A stretch of 64,000 bases of DNA from Oscillospiraceae bacterium (GCA_015065795.1 SVPO01000001.1:4453-68452), one strand, 5' to 3'; counted from the first letter of the stretch, positions 54,553 to 63,720 are shown. A program made the numbers and translations. Notes: generated by a model from the sequence alone, not told the origin.

Positions 54553-55305
54553 TTACTCCGTCGGACCGCGCAGTTCTTCCAGCCTCAGCGGCAGTTTGCG
54601 CCAGTCGTCTATGGCGAGATACGGAAAGTCGATATCCGTCTGCTCGTACCACTGAGGCGGACGGTATGTACCTCCGGGCGCGTCGCCGGTGTAGTGCACG
54701 GGGAATATCCCTGCACTGTGGGCCCCGATGAGGTCGGCGGCAGGCGTATCGCCGCAGTACCAGACCTTTTCGGCAGACAGTCCTGCCTTGTGCAGAGCTA
54801 TGTCAAAGAGCAGCCTGTCCGGCTTGCGTACGCCGTAACTGCTGGAGGCTATGACGAACTCAAATCGATTGCGCGGAAGCAGGCGGTCAAGCCTGCGGGT
54901 GAGCGCTTCCTGCGACCAGCCGATGTTGCTGACGACGGCGGTGCGGATGCCCACGGAATTGAGATAGTCCAGCATCCCGTCAGCGTGGGGCATCACCGCT
55001 CCCGACGAAGCTGCGTTCCATTCCAGCTCCTCCAGCTCGCTGTATGGGATGTCGAATTCCAGCCCCAGTGATTCGTAGACAAGCGCCATGAAGTGGTGCT
55101 GGTGCATCTCCGCGCCGGCTTTTCGGTGCTCAGCCACCTTTGCGAACATCCGCTGAGCGTGTTCGTGTATCTGCTCTGCGGTCAGTCCGAGGGGATTGGC
55201 GGTGAGGTGCTCACAGGCGACGCGCTCCATTGCCATGGAGTCAAACCCCGGCTCGTACAGCAGCGTGCCGCCGTAATCGAAGATGATCATTTCGGGAAGC
55301 TTCAT
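54553..55305 (-). CDS. HAD-superfamily hydrolase
   Basis: Track ORF trimmed to MKLPEM (AAGGAGGAAAG RBS). IIFDYGGTLL motif I and CGDTPAADL motif IV. Confidence 0.75.
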   Translation of the reverse strand: MKLPEMIIFDYGGTLLYEPGFDSMAMERVACEHLTANPLGLTAEQIHEHAQRMFAKVAEHRKAGAEMHQHHFMALVYESLGLEFDIPYSELEELEWNAASSGAVMPHADGMLDYLNSVGIRTAVVSNIGWSQEALTRRLDRLLPRNRFEFVIASSSYGVRKPDRLLFDIALHKAGLSAEKVWYCGDTPAADLIGAHSAGIFPVHYTGDAPGGTYRPPQWYEQTDIDFPYLAIDDWRKLPLRLEELRGPTE

Positions 55306-55473
55306 TATGCTTTCCTCCTTACATAAGAGTTGCAACACTTCCATTATACCACGGTTTTTGCGTGCTTCCTGATATTTTGAGTAATAATCCAACCAAACTC
55401 ACTGCGAAGCTTTTCCGCGGCGCATATACATCCTCGACCGAGGAAAATCCATTACGAACCGAGTGCTTACATA

Positions 55474-56490
55474 ATGAAAACACAGCAGCTTACTTCATCA
55501 CCGGAGGACATTCGCGCCGCCGGTGAAATATTGCGCAGCGGCGGTCTTGTTGCCATCCCCACCGAGACGGTGTACGGTCTTGCCGCCAACGCGCTGGACG
55601 GCAAGGCGGTGTCCGCGATTTTTGCCGCAAAGGGCAGACCTCAGGACAACCCCCTCATCGTGCACATCTCACGCCTTGAGCAGCTGGAGGACATCGTTTC
55701 GGAGATACCCGAGGATGCTCTCTCCCTTGCCGCTCAATACTGGCCCGGTCCGCTGACCATCGTCATGCCCAAGGGCAAAGCTATCCCCAACGAGGTCTCC
55801 TGCGGTCTTGAGACCGTGGGCGTGCGTATGCCCTCTCACCCCGTGGCGCGCGCCATCATCGACGCGGCAGGCGTGCCCCTGGCGGCACCCTCCGCCAATC
55901 TCTCCGGCAGTCCCAGCCCCACCACAGCCGCCCACGTCACCGATGACATGGACGGACGCATCCACGCGGTGCTGGACGGCGGCGAGTGCGCGGTGGGACT
56001 TGAATCCACGGTGGTGTCGGTGTGCGGCGACGTGCCGCAGCTGCTGCGCCCCGGCGCGGTCACTCCCGAGATGATCGAAGCCGCCTGCGGAAGCGTCAGC
56101 ATCAACCACGCCGTTCTCAGCGAGCTTGCCGAGGGCGAGCAGGCCGCCTCCCCGGGAATGAAGTACAAGCATTACGCTCCCACCGCAAGGGTGATTATTC
56201 TGCGCGGCAGCAGGGAAGCATATATTGATTACTGCAACGCCCACGCGGAGGACGGAGCGTACGCTCTGTGCTTTGAGGGCGACGGCGCGGAGCTGAAGAT
56301 GCCGTACATCGAATACGGTCGCGAGGACGATCTGCTCTCTCAGGCACACGGACTTTTTGCCGCCCTGCGCCAGCTGAGCGATGCCGGTGCGAAGGTCGCC
56401 TACGCCCGCTGCTGCACTCCCGAGGGTGTGGGGCTGGCGGTTTACAACCGGCTCATCCGCTCTGCCGGATTCGACGTGAGGGACATCTGA
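55474..56490 (+). CDS. tsaC: L-threonylcarbamoyladenylate synthase, long Sua5/YwlC type
   Basis: VAIPTETVYGLAANA, KGRPQDNPLIVH, SANLSGSPSPT, plus a C-terminal Sua5 domain. Confidence 0.9.
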   Translation: MKTQQLTSSPEDIRAAGEILRSGGLVAIPTETVYGLAANALDGKAVSAIFAAKGRPQDNPLIVHISRLEQLEDIVSEIPEDALSLAAQYWPGPLTIVMPKGKAIPNEVSCGLETVGVRMPSHPVARAIIDAAGVPLAAPSANLSGSPSPTTAAHVTDDMDGRIHAVLDGGECAVGLESTVVSVCGDVPQLLRPGAVTPEMIEAACGSVSINHAVLSELAEGEQAASPGMKYKHYAPTARVIILRGSREAYIDYCNAHAEDGAYALCFEGDGAELKMPYIEYGREDDLLSQAHGLFAALRQLSDAGAKVAYARCCTPEGVGLAVYNRLIRSAGFDVRDI

Positions 56491-56695
56491 CCTGAACGAT
56501 CTGTATTTTTCGGCGCAGATATTGCTGTCTGTATCGGAATTCGTGTTATTATGTTAACTTAAATAATGCTGAAGCCCGTCGAAATACTGGACAACGGGCT
56601 TCCGTCCTGCTACAATAATTATGTCGTGTGACTTATGTTAATTCATGTGTCCCGTCACATCGGGCGCATAAGAGGTTGTAAAAGGAGGTATATTT

Positions 56696-57346
56696 ATGTC
56701 AGAGTGGTTCAGAAACGATCCCGTGCTGGCGCTGATGTACCTTTTCGCCATTCCTGCCACCATCATTCTGGTGCTGCAGACCATTCTGCTGCTCTTTGGT
56801 GTGGGCGGCGAGGACGGCGATCTGGACAGCGACACCGGCGGATTGGGTGACGCCGATTCTGCCGACCTGCCCGACGATGTCGACGGGGAGATGGACGGCG
56901 GTTTCGACGGCGACACCGGACTGAGAATGTTTACCGTGCGCGGCATGGTTGCGTTCTTCTCTGTGGGCGGCTGGGCAGGCATTTCTGCCATTAAGCTCGG
57001 CGCTAATCATCTGGTGGCGACGATCATCGCCCTTGTGATGGGCATCGCTGCGCTGTATCTTGTGGCGCTGTTCTTCAAGCTCATCCCCAGAATCCAGCAC
57101 AACGGCACCATGCGTCTTTCCAACGCGGTGGGCAGCATCGGCGAGGTTTATATCACCGTGCCTGCCAACGGCGAAGGCAGCGGAAAGATCAACGTCATTC
57201 TGCAGAGCCAGCTCAGTGAGCTGACCGCAGTCACCTATGCAGACCGCGCGCTGCGCTACGGCGAAAAGGTCAGGGTCACCGGCACCATCGGCGAAAACAC
57301 GCTGGTTGTCGAGCCTGTTGTCTCCGCCGAAGCAAAGAACGCGTAA
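56696..57346 (+). CDS. NfeD-like membrane protein (partner of flotillin)
   Basis: AAAGGAGG RBS. TM helices, an acidic Gly/Asp loop, C-terminal OB-like GEVYITVPANGEGSGKINV...GEKVRVTG. Confidence 0.65.
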   Translation: MSEWFRNDPVLALMYLFAIPATIILVLQTILLLFGVGGEDGDLDSDTGGLGDADSADLPDDVDGEMDGGFDGDTGLRMFTVRGMVAFFSVGGWAGISAIKLGANHLVATIIALVMGIAALYLVALFFKLIPRIQHNGTMRLSNAVGSIGEVYITVPANGEGSGKINVILQSQLSELTAVTYADRALRYGEKVRVTGTIGENTLVVEPVVSAEAKNA

Positions 57347-57376
57347 TTTATCAGGAAATCAGAAAGGGGTTTCATT

Positions 57377-58831
57377 ATGCCGCAGCATCCCGAAATCTTA
57401 ATCACCATCGCAGTCATCACCATCCTTGTGTTCAGTATGATCCTTGTCATACTGCGCCGCTATCGCAAATGTCCCTCGGACAAGATCATGGTCATCTACG
57501 GTAAGGTCAGCTCCAAGGAGGGCAAGAACGCTTCCTCCAAGTGCCTCCACGGCGGCGCTGCCTTTATCTGGCCGGTCATTCAGGACTATCAGTACCTCGA
57601 CCTGACCCCCATCTCCATCAACGTGGATCTGACCAACGCTCTGTCCCGTCAGAACATCCGTATCGACGTTCCCTCCCGATTCACCGTCGGCATCTCCACC
57701 GAGCCGGGCATCATGCAGAACGCCGCCGAGCGTCTGCTGGGTCTGCGCATGGCTGAGATCCAGGAGCTTGCCAAGGATATCATCTTCGGTCAGCTGCGTC
57801 TGGTCATCGCCACCATGGAGATCGAGGAGATCAACACCGACCGCGACAAGTTCCTTGAGGCGGTCAGCCACAACGTGGAGAGCGAGCTGAAGAAAATCGG
57901 TCTGCGTCTCATCAACGTTAACGTCACCGACATCACCGACGAGTCCGGCTACATCGAGGCTCTGGGTAAGGAAGCTGCCGCCCGAGCCATCAACGACGCC
58001 AAGCGTTCCGTCGCCGAGCAGAACCGTGAGGGTTCCATCGGTCAGGCTAACGCCCAGAGAGACGAGCGTATCAGCGTTGCTTCCGCCAACGCCACCGCCG
58101 TCAACGGTGAAAACGAAGCCAAGGCTGCCATCGCCCAGTCCGACGCCACCCGTCGTGAGCGCGAGGCTGAGGCTGCACGCCGCGCCATCGCTGCCGAAAA
58201 CGTAGCCAAGGCAAAGGCTCTGGAGGAATCCTATCAGGCCGAAAAGGAAGCCGAAGAATCCCGTGCTCAGAGAGAGCTTGCCACCCAGAAGGCAGACGTC
58301 CTGGTCGCTGCCGAGATCAACAAGCAGCGCATGGAGATCGAAGCCGAGGCTGCCGCAGAGGTTGCACGCCGTCAGGCAAAGGGTGAGGCGGACGCTATCC
58401 TCGCCAAGATGCAGGCTCAGGCACAGGGTATGGAGGAGATCCTCACCAAGCAGGCAAGCGGTCTTGCCGAGATCGTCAACGCCGCAGGCGGCGATCCCCA
58501 GAGTGCCGTTCAGCTCATCATCGCCGACAAGATCGAGGAGCTGGTCAAGGTTCAGGTGGAAGCCATCAAGAACGTCAAGATCGACAAGGTCACCGTGTGG
58601 GACAGCGGCGCAGGCGCCGACGGCAAGAACTCCACTGCCGGCTTTCTCAGCGGTTTGATGAACGCCATCCCTCCCCTCAGCGACACCTTCCGCATGGCAG
58701 GTCTGAATCTGCCCGGATTCCTCGGCACTCCTGCCGAGCAGGCTGACGAAGCCGCCGTCGCTCCTGTTGAGGTCGTTGCCGCTGCCGAGGCTGCTCCTGC
58801 AGCTGAGACTGCCGCTCCCGAGAGCAAGTAA
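57377..58831 (+). CDS. flotillin-family SPFH protein (FloT/YuaG-like)
   Basis: N-terminal anchor, Band-7 domain, and a long Ala/Glu-rich coiled coil (EAEAARRAIAAENVAKAKALEE...). Confidence 0.85.
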   Translation: MPQHPEILITIAVITILVFSMILVILRRYRKCPSDKIMVIYGKVSSKEGKNASSKCLHGGAAFIWPVIQDYQYLDLTPISINVDLTNALSRQNIRIDVPSRFTVGISTEPGIMQNAAERLLGLRMAEIQELAKDIIFGQLRLVIATMEIEEINTDRDKFLEAVSHNVESELKKIGLRLINVNVTDITDESGYIEALGKEAAARAINDAKRSVAEQNREGSIGQANAQRDERISVASANATAVNGENEAKAAIAQSDATRREREAEAARRAIAAENVAKAKALEESYQAEKEAEESRAQRELATQKADVLVAAEINKQRMEIEAEAAAEVARRQAKGEADAILAKMQAQAQGMEEILTKQASGLAEIVNAAGGDPQSAVQLIIADKIEELVKVQVEAIKNVKIDKVTVWDSGAGADGKNSTAGFLSGLMNAIPPLSDTFRMAGLNLPGFLGTPAEQADEAAVAPVEVVAAAEAAPAAETAAPESK

Positions 58832-58852
58832 AGCATATCATCCAAAATAATC

Positions 58853-58898
58853 AGCCGCGCGTCACGCAGTACAGAGCTGCATGGCGCGCGGCTTTTTT
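58853..58898 (+). terminator. intrinsic terminator after the flotillin gene
   Basis: AGCCGCGCG/CGCGCGGCT stem followed by TTTTTT. Confidence 0.75.
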
Positions 58899-58962
58899 CG
58901 TCGTTTACAGCCGTGCGGACAGGAAATCCGCCACAGCAATAAGCTTTCAGTTGTTTCAGATG

Positions 58963-59796
58963 TCAGACCATGCACACCACGAGAGCGGTGACGTTATCCT
59001 CACCGCCGCTGTCGAGAGCCGCCTGCACCAGAGCCCGGGCGATATCCTCCGGGTTTCGGTCGCAGGCTGTCATTATCTCCCTGATCCGGTTTTCGGTGAG
59101 CATATCGGTCAGACCGTCGCTGCACAGCAGATAGACATCTCCGCTGTCGCCTGTAAATCGGCTGCGGATAAGCGGCTCCACGCTGCGGCCGATGTGTGCC
59201 ATGCCGAAAAAGCCGGATACCGCACTGCTTCTGGGATAGCTGTCCATTTCCTCCTGAGTGTATACGCCGGCGTCCACCAGCTCCTGCGAAGGAGTGTGGT
59301 CATGGGAAAGGCGGCGAAGCTCACCATCACGCAGGCGATAGCTGCGGCTGTCGCCGAGATTGGCGGCGGTCACCTGATCCTCCCTCACCCACAGCATCAC
59401 ACCTGTGGAGCCTACGCAGCTTGCCTCCAGCTCCCTTGCTTTCTCCGACACCTTCCTGTCGGTGCTGTCAAAGAAGCTTCTGATGAGCATCCGCTCGGCT
59501 GATGGAGAGCAGTCGCGCAGATTGCAGCGCAGTGCCGCCGCTTCGCAGGCGCACATATACGCCGCCACCTCGCCGCTTTCCTCGCCGCCCATGCCGTCAA
59601 ACACGGCAAACAGGCCGCCGTAGGTCTCCTCTGGCAACTCGAAAACGCTGATGTCAGCAGTGATGCCGCGAGCCTGCGAGGGCATCAGCAGCTTTCCGTC
59701 CAGTAGAAAGTTGTCCTCGTGTTCTTCTCTTTGCAAGCCCATGCTTACAGCCGCGGCTGCCCTCAGGGTGCCCACAGGCCTTACATATCCTTTCAT
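58963..59796 (-). CDS. PP2C-family Ser/Thr protein phosphatase
   Basis: Track ORF trimmed to MKGYVRP (AAGGAGGAAC RBS). FAVFDGMGGEESG, ANLGDSR, LLCSDGLTD and GGEDNVTALVV motifs. Confidence 0.8.
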   Translation of the reverse strand: MKGYVRPVGTLRAAAAVSMGLQREEHEDNFLLDGKLLMPSQARGITADISVFELPEETYGGLFAVFDGMGGEESGEVAAYMCACEAAALRCNLRDCSPSAERMLIRSFFDSTDRKVSEKARELEASCVGSTGVMLWVREDQVTAANLGDSRSYRLRDGELRRLSHDHTPSQELVDAGVYTQEEMDSYPRSSAVSGFFGMAHIGRSVEPLIRSRFTGDSGDVYLLCSDGLTDMLTENRIREIMTACDRNPEDIARALVQAALDSGGEDNVTALVVCMV

Positions 59797-59892
59797 TGTC
59801 AGTTCCTCCTTTATTTCCACATACTAACACAAACAGCGGCCGAACAATTCGACCGCTGCTGCAATTTTCAAATGACAGTTATTCTATATAGC

Positions 59893-60819
59893 TCAGCAGA
59901 GCTTGTCCTCGTTGATGACCTCGGGACGCTCCAGAAGCTCCTCGGGATGCTTGAGGAGATGGGTGATGTAGCGCACGGTCTTGGCGTAATAGAAGCCGTC
60001 GCAGATGCGCTCGTCAACAACGTAGCAGAACTTGATGACGTTGATGTACTTGGGTTTTCCTTCCTCGTCCAGAACCAGCTTCTTTCCGCGCTTGCCGATG
60101 GAAATGAAGATGGACGTGGTGCCGATGTTGTAAATATGATGGAAGATCGAGTTGATGCCGGTGGAGCCGATGTCGGTGATATATACCGAGGTGTGGAAGG
60201 GGCTGATATCCACTATCGACCTGGGCAGACCCTTGCGCGCGTCCTTATGGCGTACCCAGGAGAAGAACAGCTTGAGCACCCACTGTGGAATGGAAGTGAT
60301 CTTGTCAACAAAGCTGTCGGTATCGCTGTCCTCGGCGTTCTTGGTCTTGTTCAGCTCGCCCATCAGGGCATCGTACACCTCTTTGAGGGTGTAGTTGGGC
60401 ATGAACTGGGGCTTGATGTTGGATTCTGCAGAGTCAAGATCCATGCTGGTCTTGGTGGTCAGAGCGATGCAGAAGTGATTGCGGGCGTACACCTTGCGTC
60501 CTGCGCAGAAACGGTTGATCTTGGGATAACGGGAAAACGCGCGTACGCAGGCTGCCATCATTACCGCAAGACGGGAAAGGTCGGTCATCTCCATGGAAGG
60601 ATCGCGTCTGACCTTACGGACAAAATTGTCCAGGGCCTCTGTCTCCACTTCCTCCTCAAAGAAAATCTGCGCATCGTTGCGGTCGATCATTGCGTGGGGG
60701 ATAACGTCAAACAGCGGATCGTTCGATCTGATGCGCCAGCCGTCGGTACGGTCTCCGCGCTTCTTTTTGTAATTGAAAAACTCCTTGCCTTTGACTCTCT
60801 TGCGTTCTTTTTTTGCCAT
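59893..60819 (-). CDS. stand-alone 2-oxoacid-dehydrogenase-E2/CAT-like acyltransferase-fold protein (variant active-site motif)
   Basis: Track ORF trimmed to MAKKERK. The C-terminal YVVDERICDGFYYAKTVRYITHLLKHPEELLERP matches the pattern s.DHRxxDG...a.F...l...LE.P with His replaced by Glu. Confidence 0.6.
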   Translation of the reverse strand: MAKKERKRVKGKEFFNYKKKRGDRTDGWRIRSNDPLFDVIPHAMIDRNDAQIFFEEEVETEALDNFVRKVRRDPSMEMTDLSRLAVMMAACVRAFSRYPKINRFCAGRKVYARNHFCIALTTKTSMDLDSAESNIKPQFMPNYTLKEVYDALMGELNKTKNAEDSDTDSFVDKITSIPQWVLKLFFSWVRHKDARKGLPRSIVDISPFHTSVYITDIGSTGINSIFHHIYNIGTTSIFISIGKRGKKLVLDEEGKPKYINVIKFCYVVDERICDGFYYAKTVRYITHLLKHPEELLERPEVINEDKLC

Positions 60820-60933
60820 CTGCCAGTCAACTCCCTTATTATTCGTTGCAGCAGGGATGCCGCCCTGATGCACACATTGGCCTGATTTTATTATACTGTT
60901 TGCGGTGCAATATTTCAAGGGAAATGTGCACGA

Positions 60934-62796
60934 CTAATAATACCTTCGGCGGCCGCGAGTCTGGGGTCTGCGCGCTGCGGCACGGCGTCTGCTCTTGTTG
61001 ATCGCCATGAGTCTGACCACCGACACACTCAGCGCAAAGGCGGTAAGCACGAGCAATGCGCACAGGATCAATATCGCGGTCTTGCCCGAACCGCCGGAGC
61101 ATCCTCCTGACATTTTCAGCTCCAGTTCCGGCAGTTCCATATCGCCCATCGCTGTAGGCGAAACGTGTACCGCGGTGACTGGCTCGACCAGCCTTCCGTC
61201 GCTTCCGGAAACGATATAGAACGACGGTTCACCGCCTTGGACAGCGCAATATCTCACGGGAAGATCCTTGATGAGCATACCGTTGTTGTAATTGAACACG
61301 CGCGGTGAGCTGTTCACGAGGGTGAGGGTTTCATATTGAGTGACGTCCAGCGAGTTGTCGTCGAGCACCATGTCCACCTGCGTAATGGGCTCGGTGAGGC
61401 TGCCCGTGATATCCGAACTGTACCAGCCGGTTTTTCCGTTGACCGTGCAGTATCTGACATATTGGCTTCCCGATGACCACCCTTCGGCATCCACCTGGTA
61501 ATGCCAGCCGTTTCGTTCCGTGCGGCGCATCCAGCTGTACACCTCCTGTGGCTCTTCTGTGCCGGTATACCTTAGGGTGATATTCTCAAAGAAGTCATTT
61601 TTGCTGACATCCTCGCCAACATTTGTCATATACAGACCGAACTTGCGGCAGTCGAATGTCTTGTCGGTGGTGCCCACAACATAGTCAAAGATATGCTGGC
61701 TGACGTGGCAGTCGTACGCGCGTCTTGCTACCTCAAGGGCGGTTTTACCTCCCGCGCTTTCCAGCTTCATGTCGCCCCACTGCATGACAATTCTGTTTTT
61801 CCAGTAGAGGTGCAGATAGCATTTGCTCACCGTCCACGGACTGCAGCCGGGGAGATTCTTTTCCACATAACTGCTGTCGCCTGCATACACCAGTGCGTTT
61901 CTCAGGCAGTGCACCAGAAGCAGATGCTGACCGTGCCCGTATTCGCCGTTGATGTCGTGCGAGACGATCACCTGAGGACGATAGCGCACTATGAGCTCGG
62001 TCACCCCGCGGATGACCTCTGTCTCATTCCAGATGGTACGTGCCCTGTCGATTGTTGAGCAGAATTTATCCTTGTAGCCCATGAAGACCGGATGCTGTCT
62101 CAGGCCACAGGTCCAAAGACCCTCCATTGCCTCGTGCAGACGCAGATCATTGTCATAAGCGGCGTAGGCAACCACTGTATCATAACCCAGCTCGCCCGAG
62201 TAATATGGGATGGTTCCGCCAAAGTAGAGTATCTCGTCATCCTGATGGGTGGACAGCACGAGCATTTCCGCGGTGGATGGTGTGGGCTGCCACTTATGCA
62301 CGCTTGCAGGCAGCACTCCGGGAGAGTACACCTCCAGCTCAACCATGGAAAGCGGTCGGCTTTTGCCGTCATCGGTGACCATTCTGAAGCTGACGGTGTC
62401 CTTCGGCAGCTGAACATACTCCTGAACATATCCAAAGGTTCCCTGTTGGCTGCTTACAACACTGCCATCAGAAAGGGTGGCTTCAAGTCGCCATTGGGGT
62501 GGATTCATTGACCAGCGGATGTACAGTCCCTCCGCCGCATTGCCTGCAAGATCAATCTGCAGGTGCTGCTCACCCTCGCCTGTTACACTGAAAGCCGCTT
62601 CGTATTCGTTGTTCCAGAGGATGGCGTAGTCGCCTTTTTTCTTGCTGGCAGCAACGTTGCAGCGTCTGATGAAATCCTCTGCAGGCTGCGAATCCCCTTC
62701 CGCCGAAGCCGACAATCCTCCGGTCATCAGCGCAAGGAAGGTCAAGAATAGTATTGTGATCAGACGCATGGCTCTGTTCTGACGCTCTGAACTCAT
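60934..62796 (-). CDS. exported PIG-L/LmbE-family de-N-acetylase with flanking beta-rich domains and C-terminal membrane anchor
   Basis: AGAGAGGA RBS. Signal peptide (..LALMTGGLSASAEG), LSTHQDDEILYFGG and HDINGEYGHGQH motifs, C-terminal TM plus Arg-rich tail. Confidence 0.75.
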   Translation of the reverse strand: MSSERQNRAMRLITILFLTFLALMTGGLSASAEGDSQPAEDFIRRCNVAASKKKGDYAILWNNEYEAAFSVTGEGEQHLQIDLAGNAAEGLYIRWSMNPPQWRLEATLSDGSVVSSQQGTFGYVQEYVQLPKDTVSFRMVTDDGKSRPLSMVELEVYSPGVLPASVHKWQPTPSTAEMLVLSTHQDDEILYFGGTIPYYSGELGYDTVVAYAAYDNDLRLHEAMEGLWTCGLRQHPVFMGYKDKFCSTIDRARTIWNETEVIRGVTELIVRYRPQVIVSHDINGEYGHGQHLLLVHCLRNALVYAGDSSYVEKNLPGCSPWTVSKCYLHLYWKNRIVMQWGDMKLESAGGKTALEVARRAYDCHVSQHIFDYVVGTTDKTFDCRKFGLYMTNVGEDVSKNDFFENITLRYTGTEEPQEVYSWMRRTERNGWHYQVDAEGWSSGSQYVRYCTVNGKTGWYSSDITGSLTEPITQVDMVLDDNSLDVTQYETLTLVNSSPRVFNYNNGMLIKDLPVRYCAVQGGEPSFYIVSGSDGRLVEPVTAVHVSPTAMGDMELPELELKMSGGCSGGSGKTAILILCALLVLTAFALSVSVVRLMAINKSRRRAAARRPQTRGRRRYY

Positions 62797-62967
62797 TTTG
62801 TCGTCCTCTCTATTTATGTTAATTATATTATACTTGCCAGTTTTTTGATGTCAATAAATGAATTTTTGTATTTTTGGTATTTACAAATCGATCTGAGTAA
62901 TGCTATAATGACTGTGAATCGGGTAATAGAACTTGTTAAATCAGAAATCGGATTTGAGGAATTAAAT

Positions 62968-63720
62968 ATGAGCACTTCAACTGCGACTGTATGTCGTGAC
63001 CGGAACACCCTGTTCCGACGAGTTACGCAGCCTATCTGGCTGCTTTCCATCGGTTCCCTGTTCGCAGGGTTTGGCGTTTATCTGCTGATCAATCACCTTG
63101 TGGAGCCTACGAATTTCATACACTGCGCACTCGATGATTACATCCCGTTCTTTGCCGACTTTGCTCTGGTGTATGTTTTCTGGTTCGCGTTTCTGCCCGG
63201 AGGATTCATTCAGATGCTGTGGCATCGCGACGATGACAGTCCAAAGGCACACACGGATTTCAACCGTTTTATCTGGCTTTTCTTTGTCAGCTGGGGGATC
63301 TGCCTTGTTGCTTATGTGCTGTATCCCAATGCCATTGATTTCCGTCCTTCTCCCGAGGAGATCGGCTACGACACATTCTGCTCCGGCGGTCTTGCGCTGA
63401 CATACGAGGGTTTTGACCTCCCCAGAAATGTTCTGCCCAGCCTGCACTGCACCTCTACTCTCGCTGTTACGCTGGCTGTACTTTCTTCTGATTTTGTCAA
63501 GCGCAGTCCCTTCAAGGCTCTCTACTACACTTACTATATTCTGTTTGCTTCAATGATCATCTGCTCCACCGTTCTGGTCAAGCAGCATTCTATCATTGAT
63601 TGTGTCGTTTCCGCCATCGAGCTCGCGGTTCTTTATCCCCTTGTTTATTGTATCAATTGGGCTCCCTTCAAGAACTGCGTTGCCGCAATATTCTTCCGCA
63701 AGAAAAAAGTGAAAGCATGA
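62968..63720 (+). CDS. PAP2-superfamily membrane protein of the AUR1/sphingomyelin-synthase-like subtype
   Basis: Track ORF trimmed to MSTSTATV (TGAGGAA RBS). LDDYIPFF, LPSLHCTS (C2) and KQHSIIDCVVS (C3: HxxxD). I saw no KxxxxxxRP C1 motif. Confidence 0.65.
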   Translation: MSTSTATVCRDRNTLFRRVTQPIWLLSIGSLFAGFGVYLLINHLVEPTNFIHCALDDYIPFFADFALVYVFWFAFLPGGFIQMLWHRDDDSPKAHTDFNRFIWLFFVSWGICLVAYVLYPNAIDFRPSPEEIGYDTFCSGGLALTYEGFDLPRNVLPSLHCTSTLAVTLAVLSSDFVKRSPFKALYYTYYILFASMIICSTVLVKQHSIIDCVVSAIELAVLYPLVYCINWAPFKNCVAAIFFRKKKVKA

